DNA of 64,000 nt from the human T2T-CHM13v2.0 reference genome, Homo sapiens. Positions 12,906 through 26,404 of the stretch are shown here, piece after piece (position 1 is the first letter of the stretch; each line of letters begins with the position of its first letter). The position numbers and the translations under genes were made by a program. The notes beneath the pieces are model-generated. The model did not search any database, was not told the DNA's origin, and saw nothing but the letters and a program-made list of their open reading frames with translations. The stretch lies in the NCBI RefSeq assembly GCF_009914755.1, contig NC_060931.1, one strand, 5' to 3'.

Positions 12906-14029
12906 CATTGTGATTCCCTTTTCTTCCTCCTATCTCCTGTCTCACCTCATATCCATTGAGCTCCCTCCCACCTCCTCCAGTCCTCCATCTTTCCAAGTTC
13001 TTTAACATTTCTCATAGTACAATTCCCAGAGTGACAAATTCTCTCAGCTTTTATTTATCAGAAAATAGCTTTATTTTTGCCTTAATTTTTTGGTGGATAC
13101 ATTTGCTGGATCTAAAACTTAGGTTGACTTTTTTTTTTTTGGCAGTATTTCAAAGATGTTGTTCCATCTTCTAACTTGCCTTGTTTCTTATAAGAAGACA
13201 TGTTAATCTTATCATTGTTCCTTCAAATGCAATGTGTCTTTTTTTGGTGCTTTTACTATTTTCTCTTTTTTATTTATGGCAATTTGACTGTAATGTGCTT
13301 AGGTATGATTTTCTTTGTATTTATCTTGCTTGCGGTTTGTTTGAGCTGTTTGAATGTAAATTAATATTTTTCTTTAAATTTGGAAAGTTTTAGAGCATCA
13401 TTTATCCAAATATCTCTCTTCTCCTTCTGGATTCCAATTACACATGTGAGACTGCTTGACAATGTCCTACAAGTCAGTAAGTTTCTCTTCCATTTTTTCA
13501 GGGTTATCTCTCTCTGTGTGTTTTAGTTTAGCCAGTTTCTATTGTTTTTCTCTTGTGCAGTGTTCAATCTGTCCTTAAGAGCACTGTTTGACCTTTGAAA
13601 TCTCTGTTCAGCTTACAGCTCCCCAGAAGCTACTCTCAGCCCAGCCATCAGCCTTACCCTTTGCATGTGTACCTTAATATTTGGCCGAAGACTGAAGAGA
13701 ACTCCTATGCAGATTTTTGGAGTTTCTTCTGGGTATAATTCCTTCCTTTCTGGCATTCTGCCCTGTGAAATTGCAGCTGCTTTAGCACCCCCAAACATGG
13801 ATCTCTGCCTACTCATCTCAGTGAGACTGCTATGCTGTGCCTGTGCCCTACTTCCCTACACTGTGTTCCAGAAAGTGCATCCACACAGAAGCCAAGGTGC
13901 TTCTCTTCTTTCAAGGATCAGTTTTGCTCTGCCTTTTATCCAATGTCTGAAAGCCATTGTTTCATACATTTTTGCAGTTATACAGTTGTTTACTGTAAGA
14001 GAACTAATCCAGTACCAACGACTCTGGTT

Positions 14030-14815
14030 GCCCCAGAATAAATTCCAAACTCCTTGCCCTTGTTTATAAGGCCCTATACAATCTGGCCTGCCTACTTCTC
14101 TGAGTTCACCCTGGCCTCCTTTCCCCTCCCGAGACAACCAAAATACTTCCCACTTTAGAGCTTTTGCACTCCTATGCCTTGTGTCGGGCATGCTGTGTCT
14201 CTGACCTTCACATGATGGCCTCTTGCTTACCATTCGAGACCATCCGAATTAAAGTATCCACTCAGTCATTGTCTCAGAAATCTGTTTTAATTATTTGCAG
14301 AATGCATATCACATTCTAATATTTTTGGTTTTGTTTGTATATTTAATTTATTTTCTCTTGGCTTATTTTCTGTCTTCCTTCATTAGAACAAAGTGTCCAT
14401 GAGGGACCTCTTCTGTTTGGTTTACTGTGGTATCTTTAATGCTGGGACTATGTCCAGCACATGGGAGCACTTGATAAATATTTCTTGGGTAAATGGATAA
14501 ATGAATAAAACCTATTTTGCTTTTATGTTGCTTCATATGTTTCCTTTAAAATACCACACTTCAGTGGGCATGTTCAACTTTACATAACATACAGATAATG
14601 GTGAGAAAGAAGATAATAATAATTCCTAATATTTATTGAGCTCTTTTACCATGTGTTAGTCACTGAACTAGAAGATTTCCTTCTATTATCTCAATTAATC
14701 CTCATTACAATGCTATGAGGTACCTGCTAGGATTTTCAGCATTGCAGATAAGAAAACTAGGGCACAGAAATTCAGTGACTTTCTGAGTTTCTCACATCTA
14801 AAGTAATGGTTTTAC
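14030..14815. mobile_element. L2 3' end (14030-14510) followed by MIR (14610-14815)
   Basis: L2 tail gataaatatttcttgggtaaatggataaatgaat; MIR core cattgcagataagaaaactagggcacaga. Confidence 0.6.
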
Positions 14816-16599
14816 CCACACCCCAGAGCTGATTTTTCAGCCAGATTTTCCAGAGTTGCTTTTGTCCAGGCTCTGCTGTTCATTTCCACATGCCAGGAGA
14901 TGGGTATATCCTGCCTTTGAGACATGCTCAGGTCATGCTGGTCTCTAGCTCGGAAACATCATGTACCACATCTGTCACCCATTACTCTTCCTTGCCAAAA
15001 TAGTCCATATTGTGCTGTTGTATCCAACCCCCATGTTTCTACTGTAGCAAAAATATGCTTAACCAGCTGCTGCTAACACTTCATAATGCTCGTGACAACT
15101 CTACTGAGAAGCCCCCCTTCATGGAGCAGATGGCGTGAAATCAAGCAGGCAAGCGGAAATGTAGCGGAAGAGCCTGGGGAGGAGGTTCTGGTCAGGGGAG
15201 GCACTGCCTCTTTTGTTTTGGTTTTTTTTTAGACTTGAATCTAAAGTAGGCCCTATTCACATCCCTATGAACATGTCCCAAAGTCAGTGTAAGAGCTGGG
15301 ATACGGTGTTAAAGGAGAGACATTTGGAGAGCGGGAAAATAGAAACATTGTACAGAAGTGACTGATGAAACCACAGGAATGAATATGTTTCTCCAAAAAG
15401 CAAATGTAGGTGGAGCACAACAGAAGGCACTGAGCAGAGTTAGGGATTCGGGGGAAAACCCGAAGGGAGGATAATTGTCCCAGAAGAGTAAATGGCATAT
15501 GTTAATAATCACACTATTAAGAGATGTCATTTTGAATAATGTAAAGAGAAAAACTTCGAAGTCAAACAGACGGGGATTCAACCCCAGATCCACTGCTTGC
15601 AAGCTGTAAGGCCCCAGGCAAGTTCCTTACCCTCTCTGGGTTTAAATTATTATCCTTTGGATAATAAATCCTACCATAAGATTTATAAGAGGGAGGTTTG
15701 GGATAGAGGCTGGTTGCCTAGGGGGACAACATGTACAACAAAGCCAGTGAAAAGTCCTCCCACAAACCCCAAACTATGAGTGGGTAAAGACCAACCTCCA
15801 ACACTCACAAACCCTGCAGCGTGTTGGAGGTGGTGCAGAGGCCATGGGGAGGAGGGAAAGAAGGAAATATCAGTGTGTCTGACAGACTTCAGAATAGGAG
15901 ACACCCCAAAGAAGCAAAAAGTATTCCACTGGAAGGCACAGCAGACCAACTGGAGAAGAGCAGCTACAATTGCTACAATTGGGAGTGACTTCAGTAAGGG
16001 TGAGTGCAAGGGATCCAGGGTAAGAAGTTCTGCAGGATTCGAGCAAGGGATGCCCTCTTTTTCTCCTTGGTTGGCAGGACATTTAGAGTCTCAGGGAATC
16101 TAATATGCTAAGGGTTATATGAAATGCATGTTGCAAGAAACATTCCAAATTTCTCAGTTAAATTCATAAAAAAATTTGGATGTTTATGAAATCAGGGTGT
16201 AAAAATATTGATTTAATTTCCTTTGAGACCAAGTATCAAGTCTCCTGGCTACAAAACTATCCACACTGAAAATGTCCGGGATTCCATGAATGTGGAATGA
16301 GTTTGCAAAGCCATCTACATTGCCCTTGACCAAGAGTTGTAATCTCTTGCAACACTGGCCACTGCCAACTCATGGTCACTCATTCTGGCAGTTTCGAGCT
16401 TGCTTACTCCAGAAGGAAGAAAAATTATGACATTAAAAAATTTATCTGATCCAAGTGCCTACTTGCCTCTGGTAGTTTGTAGACAAACTAGGTTGGTGCT
16501 ATTTGGGAATAATTTACATTATTAATGACACTTGAAAGCAAGATATCTTAGGCACAAACTTTCTTTGCCTCACTTTTGCCACAAGCTCCATAAAAAAAT

Positions 16600-17292
<693 letters not shown>

Positions 17293-17350
17293 TGACTTTC
17301 CTTTTCTATTCTAGATTATTTCCCTTCACATATAGGATTGTTGCTCCATG

Positions 17351-17751
17351 GCATTAGGCTCTTCTTGTATTGCTATAAAGAAATACCTGACACTGGTTAT
17401 AAGAAAAAGAGGATTAGTTGGCTCAGAGTTCTGCAATCTTTATAGGAAGTATGGTGCGGGCATCTGCTTGGCTTCTAGGGAGGCCTCAGGAAGCTTATGA
17501 TCATGGCAGAGGTAAAGGGGGAGCAGGCATGTCATATGGCAGAAGCAGGAACAAGAGAGAGAGAGTGGGGTAGGGAAGTGACACATACTTTTAAATGACC
17601 AGATCTCATGAGAACTCATTATCACAAGGACAGCACCACACCATGAAGGATCCACACCCGTGACCCAAACACCTCCCACCAGGCCCACATCCAACATCAG
17701 GGATTGCAATTCAACATGAGATTTGGGAGAAGAAAACTATCCAAACTATAT
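17351..17751 (-). mobile_element. MST-family MaLR LTR
   Basis: attgctataaagaaatacctga...caattcaacatgagatttgg...ccaaactatatca. Confidence 0.85.
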
Positions 17752-17858
17752 CACCCATATTAAACATATGTACACACATACACGCATACATACACATTCC
17801 CACTCAACCCACTTATGCCTCCAGCTACTGCTCAATTTCTTTGCTTTTTGTTTGCTTG

Positions 17859-18047
17859 ATTTTTTTTTTTTTTTTTTGAGATAATGTCTCACCCTGTTGC
17901 CTATGCTTAGTGTAGTGGTGTGACTGTGGCTCACTGCAGCTTCAGCCTCCCAGGCTCAAGCAATCCTCTCACCTCAGCCTCCTGAGTAGCTGGTACCACA
18001 CGCACAGACAACCATGCCTGGCTAATTCCTTTGTACTTTTTGTAGAA
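17859..18047 (-). mobile_element. AluJ-like right arm, truncated
   Basis: Poly-T then tctcaccctgttgcc...ggctaatt. Confidence 0.85.
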
Positions 18048-18688
18048 GGTGTTTCTGGATGAGATTAACATTTGAATCCATAGACTGAGAAAGGCAGATC
18101 ACCCTCCCTAATGTGGGTGGGCCTCATCCAATCAACCGAAGGCCTGAATAGAGCAAAAACTCTTAGTAAGAAGGAATTCCACCTGCCTGACTTTTGAGCT
18201 GAGACATTGGTGTTCTTCTGCTCTCCGCCTGGAACTTATGCAGTCAGCTCTCCTGGGTCTTCGGCTTGCCAACAGCAGATCTTGGAACTTCTCAGCTTCC
18301 ATAATTGTGTGAGCCAGTCCTTAAAATAAATCTCTCCTTTCTCTCTCTCTCTCCCTCTCTCAATAAATAAATAAATATATATATACATATATAATTATAT
18401 ATATATAATTTTGTATATATATTAATTTTTTTGTTAGGCAGGTAGATGTGGTTCTGGGAACGTTTACAAGTTCTTTCAGAATGCTTCCATTTTCTCAGTG
18501 GAATACGAAGCAATGTCATTCACTAGCTGAGAGAGAGAAGTAGGGATATATATATATATATTTAGAGAGAGAGAGATCTTTATATATATATACACACACA
18601 CACAGATCTATATACACACACACATACAGGAGTATGTATTATATATCACCTATTGGTTCTGTTTCTCTGGAGAACCCTGACTAATACA
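18048..18688 (+). mobile_element. MLT2 (ERVL) LTR, 5'-truncated, with internal microsatellites
   Basis: gtttctggatgagattaacatttgaatc...; terminus cctattggttctgtttctctggagaaccctgactaataca. Confidence 0.85.
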
Positions 18689-18984
18689 GAGAACCCTCAC
18701 ATGGCTCATCGTGTCTCTGCTGCCTCGCAGGGGATACCCTGTGGGTGGACTCCTAAAGGGCAGGAAACAGAAGAACTCGGAACACTCTCCACCCCCTAAT
18801 AGAGTGTGTTCCTCTGTGCTGCCGCCTTTAGTGGGGAATTAATGAGCTGGAGGAGGTGGGTGCTGCTTTCACTTCATGGATTATGCGCCCCTATAGGATG
18901 TGTCATCTCACCTCCCTCACCCTGAAGACCACAGGTGGACCCTTCCCCAGTCATACCATGGGCAGTCCTCCTGATTTTGTGTGT

Positions 18985-19240
18985 CCTTGAACTAAGAATG
19001 CCTTGTATATTTTTAAACAATTGGGAAAAAATGAAAAGACATAAAATATGTTGTGACATGGGAAAACTGTATGCAATTCGAAATTGTGTCCACAGAGTTT
19101 TATTGGAACACAGCCACAGCTATTTGCTTAAGTAGTCTCTGTTGCTGCTTTCATGGGCAGAATGGAGTAGTTGCAACAGGGACCATCTAAAATAGTTACT
19201 AGCTGGCTCTTCACAGAAAAATTTTTCTAACTTTTACCCT
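18985..19240. mobile_element. MER58 (hAT-Charlie)
   Basis: gaactaagaatg...agttttattggaacacagccac...gagtagttgcaacagggacc. Confidence 0.7.
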
Positions 19241-21039
19241 CTGTCATGGGGCTCCATCTCAGCCCAGAAGTACTGTCAGGAGCCAAAGTCTCTGGGCCCA
19301 GTTGGGTCAGGCCTGGAAGCTATAGCCGCTTTGACTCCTGTCCAAAGGCCAAATCAGAGCCCAATGTCTGGGGCTCTTCACTGAGTGGGTTCTGGAGGAG
19401 GGTTATTGGGTAGGGCAAAACAAATGTGGGTGCTTCATACACTGAGTTCAATACAACATCTATAAAGTTATGGAGAGTTAGCTCCAGAAAGGACTTTAAA
19501 GATCTCATAGTTCATTTTACTTACGAGGAAAACCAAGGTCGATAGAGAAAAAGTCATTTTAAAAAGTCATTTCCCAAGGCCACACAGCTGACACTGGATT
19601 AGAACCCACATTTTTCTTACTTCCTGTTAATACTCCCATGCTCTTCCCACAGCCCCTGCTCCATCATCTTTCTGATACTTCTGGAATCAGAGCCTATTCC
19701 TTCAAACCTTTCAGTGAGCAATGTCCCTTCTTGCAAAGTTCGCTATCAGTTGTGATATGGGAATCCAGGGCCTATGAAGCACATGTGTCTCTAAATTGGG
19801 AATTTCTCGTATCTGACATTAGGATGTTGTCTCATCAGTAAGACCAGGAAATGTCTAAAGGCACCATCCTGCAATTGTCTGGAACTCCTTGCTAGGCATA
19901 AGGGCATAGAGTAGCTTTTGCCATTCAGAAGTTGTTCTCTGCCTTCAGATTCCAAGACCATTCTAGCGACAGCCTTTCAAACATGACCATGTATCTAATT
20001 AATAATATGGATTTTCTGTTGTAAGTTAAAGCCCAAATATAGCTTCAAAATTTGCTTGGCCAGGCACATTTAATAATACCTAAATGTCCCCATGTGTTAA
20101 ATATTCATCCATTTTTTTCCATAACTGCTTACAATAAATATTGATGATCGTCTAACTTTGAAAATGGCTATGTACATGGAAGAATATTCATGTGTGTCTC
20201 ATTGATTTTCCTGACAGCGCCAAATGGAGCAGGTAAGCCAATTTAACACAACCAATTTCCACTTTTGCGCAGACCAAATAGGAGAAGTTCTGTGGAAATG
20301 AATAATCAATCTCATACCATTATTAATAATAATATTTAGCTTACATACAGCTCTTTCCATCTTCTAAGCACTTCGGCAACATTAACAAATTTATTGTTAA
20401 TACTCAAGGGAGGCCTTTTTGTAATGGGAATGAGAAACCAAAAGGGATGTAAATGGCCACTTAGGGCTGAGGGACAAGTGCAAAGCAGGAGAAACTGGTG
20501 AGTCCCTGTTCCCATGGGATTCCCTAAGCTCTTCAATATTGCGGAAGTGTTGCAAGCCTAGGAGGCAAGTCTAATTTTTAAATCTTAGTTTTAAAAGGTG
20601 TGTGCTGACCATAATAGAACTACATTTATTACTATTTTTTGAACACCCACTTTAGGCCAAACACTGCTAAGTGTTGGGAACATTAAAAGAAAACAGCTTC
20701 TATCCTGAAGAAACTTACAGAATAGTGAGGGAGAGGGAGACCTGAATCCCCCAACAGCCTGCAGTGGGATGAAGGCCCATCTGAGAGACACACAGAGAGG
20801 CACAGCTGCACCGAGGAGCACCCAGCACCCCATGAACACCTTCCCTGAGAAGGTGTTGCTCCAGCCGAGCCCTACAAGGCAGCTGAATTAGGAAGGGGGA
20901 TTTGAGCAGGAGAGACATTCTAGAGAAAAGGAAAAACATGAAGCAAAGGCAGTATGGAAGAGAATTGTGTCTTCTGGGAACTATAAACACTTTAGCTGGA
21001 CTGGAGTGAAGAATAAGACAATGAGATGCAGCCATTACA

Positions 21040-21610
21040 GCTGAGCAAAATCCTAAAGATGTCTCCAGTAATATCTCCCATCCCACATGCTCTTCTACAA
21101 TGGGAGCTTGCCACCCTCCCCCATCTAGAGGCGGGGTTACATCCCCTCCACTTGAATCTGAGCAGGTTTATGACTGCTTTACAAATGCAGCAGAAGGAAG
21201 CGATGCTATGTGACTGCTGAAGCTAGGTCAAACGAAGCACTTTTCTGACTCTTGGAACACTGAACCGCCAGCTGAGAAGTCCAGCTGGCCTGAGGCCACC
21301 GTGCTGGTACTCAGGCCACCAGGCTACAAGGAGAGGTCGCAGGTGGGTGCTCAGGTCAACAGCCCCAGCTGAGATCCCAGCCGACAGCCAGCATCAACTC
21401 CAGATGTGAGTGATGACACTTCCAGATCATTCCAGCTCCCAGCTATTAAGCCGCCCCCAGCTTGGGAGTTTCCAGCAGAGACTCCAGACTCTGTGGAGCA
21501 CAGGCAAGCCGTCCTCATTGTGTCCTGTCTGCATCCCGACTCACAGAATCCATGAGCATGATAAAATGGCTGACATTTGGGAGTGGTTTGTTACCTAGTA
21601 ATAGTAACCA
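21040..21610 (+). mobile_element. MLT1 MaLR LTR
   Basis: cacttgaatctgagcagg...cagccccagctgagatcccagccgacagccagcatcaac...ggagtggtttgttac. Confidence 0.75.
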
Positions 21611-21975
21611 CAACGCCAACACCGCAGATTTTTTTACTTTATTTTCAGTTAGTAGAGAAGCATTGAAGGATTTTCAGGCGGAGTGTGGTGTCATCAGGTT
21701 TTGTGTTCAGACGGAGGGGCAGGAACAGGTGGGTCCTGTGTGAAATGAGAAGACCATCTGGCCAGTGGTTTCTGTATCTCAGGCCTATGGATACTCTCAG
21801 ATGAATCCAGGGCATCACCTTCCTGTCACTGCTGGCCAGTTTCCCTCTAGCTCAGTGATTTGTATTTCCGGTTCCACGGTAGGATCACTCCGGAGAAGCA
21901 AAAATATCCCATTTCTTGGGTCCCACCCTAGATCAATCAAGTATGAATGTCCGAGGAGGGGGATCTGACGTTGGA

Positions 21976-22274
21976 TTTTTTTTTTTTTTCAGAGTCTTGC
22001 TCTATCACCCAGGCCTGTAGTGCAGTGGCGCGATCTCAGCTCGGCTCACTGCAACTTCTGCCTCCCAGATTCAAGCAATTCTCCTGCCTCAGCCTCCTGA
22101 GCAGCTGGGACTACAGGAGCCTGCCACCACACCCGGCTAATTTTTGTATTTTTAGTAGAGACAGGGTTTCACCTTTTCGGTCAGGCTGGTCTCAAACTCC
22201 TGACCTCAGGTGATCCACCTGTCACGGCCTCCCAAAGTGCTGGGATTACAGGCATGAGCCAGCATGCCCGGCCT
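21976..22274 (-). mobile_element. AluS inserted in a MER5 relic (21860-22340)
   Basis: Alu reverse complement; TSD ttggattttt; flanking MER5 motif gataattctaatgtgcatccaaggtcgaggatcactg. Confidence 0.9.
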
Positions 22275-23099
22275 GGCATTGGATTTTTAAAGGGTCCCTA
22301 GATAATTCTAATGTGCATCCAAGGTCGAGGATCACTGAGAAAGTTGCTCGCTGACCATACAACTCAAACTGGAGAAAGTTGTTCATACTGCAGATCTGAA
22401 ACTCTGTTGAAAACTAAACTTACAAACTGCAAAAATCAATATACCCTCCTACCTTCGTAGAAAAAGAAATGTCTAGACACTGGGGGCTGGTTACTGTAAC
22501 AGAACCAAAGGAAATATATCAGACCTGAGGCCATATTATGAAAAAGATGTAAGGTCTTGAGGGTAAATTGATCAAAAAGGGAACACTGAGACTCTCTCAT
22601 CAGAAGGATTGTCTGTTTATGAATAGAATAGAGAGCTCCTTTCTTTCAAGCAGAGCTTGGTTTGATGCAGACCTCTTCCAATAAACCACTTTCTTTTGCT
22701 CTGACGCTGCCCCAAACCAAAATGGGCCAATTACATAATCACTGCTCACGTCTAGGAAACTGGATAAAAAAGAGAAATCCTCCCCCGTGTGCCTGTAATT
22801 GGAGGGATGTGGGAGAGACAGGACCAGGGTCATAACATTGGAAAGTAGTGGGCAAATCAGGATGGTGTAGAAAGGGACTGGACAGAGGAGAAAGAAGTCA
22901 TGATGCTTGGTGACCTTGGGCAGGCCTCATGGCCTCTCTGAGCTCCAATTTCCTCATTCATATAAGAAGGTAGGATGATTTGGAGGTCTCTTCTTCAGCT
23001 TGAAACTATGATGCTGTGGTTAGGTTCCAGAAACCTGTATATTTTTCTTTCTAAGTACAGTTCTGCCCCAGACTAGCCCTGAGTCCTAATGCACAGCAC

Positions 23100-23641
23100 C
23101 TCATTCCTCTGTTTATTAACAATGTGTTTCTGATGCTTTGACACCTGGGGCCTTGCTGACCCTGGAGAAACTGCCCTTCCCGGAGACAGCCAATTTCTAG
23201 AGATAATAAAGAACTTATCTGCAAGCACACTTTTGATATGCAAACAAAACATTCCAGAGCTCACACCCCAACCACCTGCTTTATCAGGCTCTCGCCTTCT
23301 GGGCCATCATCTACCTGCTCTCATCACCCAGGGTCAGGTACCAGATGGCTGGGGACAACCTGTGTGACCCAGAGCCTGCTGAAATGCTGAAATGGTCAAT
23401 CCTCAGCCTGCTTACCCTGCCTCACCCATTCCTTTTCCAGGGAAATCATGATAAAGCCTGTTGCCCAAGTCTTCCCCTAACCCCCTCTGCCTCCTGATCC
23501 ACCCTGGTGCTTCCCCATGGGACCCTGTGTGGTGCAGCGTGCCTCCTTTTGGGAACTGTAACAATTATCTTCTCAATAGTGGTTGTCTTCTGATCTGTTG
23601 GCCGTAACATACCCGAAAAATTAAACCTATATTTAAAACAC
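23100..23641 (+). mobile_element. ERVL-class solo LTR (MER74/MER54-like)
   Basis: gatgctttgacacctggggccttgctgaccctggagaaactgccc...agccaatttctagagata. Confidence 0.65.
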
Positions 23642-24728
23642 TGTGAACACAGCATTCTCACTTGTAAATCAAAGATGGGAATAGCAACCTCCCTTCCAGT
23701 GATTATGAGAGCAATCAGTGATCACGGTAACATAAATACAGTCCACTAAAGCACATGTGCTTGGAAATCACAGAGACATTACAGATCAATACATAAAAGC
23801 ACCTTTAGAAGTCCATGTATTGTGATGGGTTGATCCAGGCCCCCGTTCCCTTGACCTTAGAGCTCTGCAGATCACAAAAGAAATTGTCTGCAGTGTCACA
23901 GCTGATTGGGATAGAAATTGGGAAAGCAAATACAAAGTCCTCTGGCATGACCCAGCAATCATGGCAGTGTTGAATTGAAGAAATTGACATTAACCCCTCC
24001 AAACAAACACTCCATGCCCAATGCTACATATTCCCATCAACACAACAGTCCATTTTCCCTGAATTTGTATCATAATGGTGCACTGATATTATATAAAAGG
24101 GACCTACAGTCTCATTTCAGTCTCCCCATTTTCGTAACTTGCACAGCACGTTTAATTTCACAGCTTTTAGTTTCATGACATTCAAATACCAACAATTGAC
24201 TGGGGGGAAGGGAAAGACCCATGTTTATTGGAAATATCAGTCACTGTAAAAAATCCTGAAGGAAAACTTGCCACATTGTAAAAGGTCACCAGATAAATAA
24301 TTGCCTTCTGAATTGGGATGATTCCTGTTGTCATTAAGCCCCAGCAGCGATCTAATACACTTTAATACTTCCACTAAATTCTGGGAGACAACTTTGCAAT
24401 CACAGTCACATAGACAATTAAAGCTAAGCAATTGGTGCCTGAGTCAGAAGGCTTTTTCTTTTTTCCCCCCATTTTTAATGCATAAGATGAAACGATACCC
24501 ACTTCTCAACTCTTATCCTCCCTTTTTGGAATGATAATCATTTTACCCCTGTGAACACAATTGATTTAGGGCTTAGTTTCTCAAGCCTAACACAAGACTG
24601 GCTGGCATTAGCTTTATAGCAGATGTTTCCCATTCCAGCTCTCACATCTCCCCGCCTCCACCAACAGGGAGAACCATTGTATTCACCAAACAGTGGGATC
24701 TTCCTAAACCATCCTTCTGGTAAGTGGC

Positions 24729-25105
24729 TGCTGTGGACTAAATTGTGTCCCCCAAAACCCTTATGTTGAAGCCCTAACCCCTGATGTGACTGTATTGGAG
24801 ACAGTGCCTATAAGGAGGTAATTAAGATTAAACGAGGTCGTAAGAGTAGGGCTGTGATTTAATAGGATGAGTGTTCTTATAAGGAGAGGCACCAGAAAAC
24901 TCCTCTCTCTCTGCCATGTGTCTGCCATGCCATAGAAAGAAGGCAGCCCCTGCAAACCCAAAAGAGTGCCTTCACCAGAAACTGAACCCTACCAGACCTC
25001 AGTCCTGGACTTTCCAGCCTCCACCACAGGGAGAAAATAACTTTCTGGTGTTTAAGCCAAGCAATCTGAGATATTTTGTTGTGGCAGCCTGAGTAAGCTA
25101 ATACA
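24729..25105 (+). mobile_element. MLT1A/B-type MaLR LTR
   Basis: tgctgtggactaaattgtgtcccccaaaa...gtggcagcctgagtaagctaataca. Confidence 0.85.
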
Positions 25106-25837
25106 GTGGCCTTCTAGAGATAGCAAGAAAGAGATCTCCTCACTTCTTCACTGAGTGGGTCCTCACAGCCACAACAGACTGTGGACACATTTTGGCCAGC
25201 AGAGATGCAGGACATTTCCTGCTACAGAGAGGGAGGTAGTCATGTTAGCCTGCAGCCACATGGGCAAAGGGAATGGATGAGGAGAGTCAAGGGCATCAGA
25301 CCTCATCTAAGGACAGGGTTATGCACAAAAGCTCTTATAATTAGGCATCCTGTGCCCATGTATAAATGTCTGTCTTTTTGCAAGAGGTCTTTATATTAGA
25401 ATGAGGAAGAGGGCATGTCAGCATGGTGTACGTCTAGGTTATAACAGGGGCTAACTGAAGTGGTGACAGTATTCACTTTCCCCTTGAAAGCTGGTCCTAG
25501 AATTATCTGAAAAAATGGTCAGTCAAGCTCACTGACCCATGACCCCCATGGCTGCTGCAGGTTGTTTTTCTGCTCTGCTAAGTAAAGTTAATATAGCCCA
25601 GGACTCCCTGGTAAATCCTTCCTTAAGCCATGGTGCTCAAGAAGCTCCTGAGCTAATCTGAGCCTGTAACCAAGTAGTGTACATTTACATGTTCCAGAAC
25701 TGAAACCTCAGCATCACAGACATGTCTCCTGGACTTGGAGTTGAATGTTTACAAATCACAAGTGAGTTCATCGAGAAGGTTTAACTTTGTTTAGGAGAAA
25801 CTCCTGGTTCTACCACACAAAGCAAAATAACTCAGGC

Positions 25838-25845
25838 TGTGTGTG

Positions 25846-25885
<40 letters not shown>
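25838..25885. repeat. (GT)n microsatellite
   Basis: Direct. Confidence 0.97.
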
Positions 25886-25888
<3 letters not shown>

Positions 25889-26404
25889 TCTTAATTGATC
25901 TCTTCCCCAGGAAAGATCCAAGATGTAGAAACCATCTTGTAGTGACCCAGCATTTCCTGAGCACCCAATCTGAGCTAGGTGTTTTATGTAATAGTTGCCA
26001 GTGTTTATTGATTATTTTGTTAAGGTAGTGAACACATTATTTAAGCCTAGCAAGAAATATATTATTATTATCCCCCATTTATAGACAAAGAAACTGGCCT
26101 TGGGGGTTTGGCAACTTATCCAGCCATAAAAAGTTAGCCAGATTAGCCTTCAACCTAGGTTCCTTTTGCTCCAAAGTCTACTTGTGGCTCTATATCTCAC
26201 AGTAACCCTATGCAGTAGGGATTATAAATCTACTTCACCAACTAAATAAAGTTATTTGTTCAACATCACACAATTACTAGTAACAGAACCAAGCCTTACT
26301 CAGACCTGGACAAGCCCATGAGCACTCCATTACCCAAGGGGTTATCACATTCTGGCACACACAGAAAAGGTCTGGAACAGTGCTTCTCAAGTCTTAGTGT
26401 GCAG

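Larger units (their letters stand above)
11215..14030 (-). mobile_element. Old L1M (L1ME/MC-like) antisense, interrupted by Alu and MER47
   Basis: T-rich antisense L1 motifs (ttttgcttcatgtattttgaaactctgttattag; tctctcagctttt; aaatttggaaagttttagagcatcatt). Confidence 0.7.

Noticed and set aside
13613-14233. Overlapping 67-134 aa ORFs on both strands
   Set aside because: Lie in old L1/L2 sequence; no recognisable domain or exon structure
15683-16103. 107-108 aa ORFs in unique DNA
   Set aside because: No homology recognised; lengths are compatible with chance
20205-20240. AG...CAG/GTAAGC micro-exon on the plus strand
   Set aside because: Only ~16 nt with no supporting neighbouring exons
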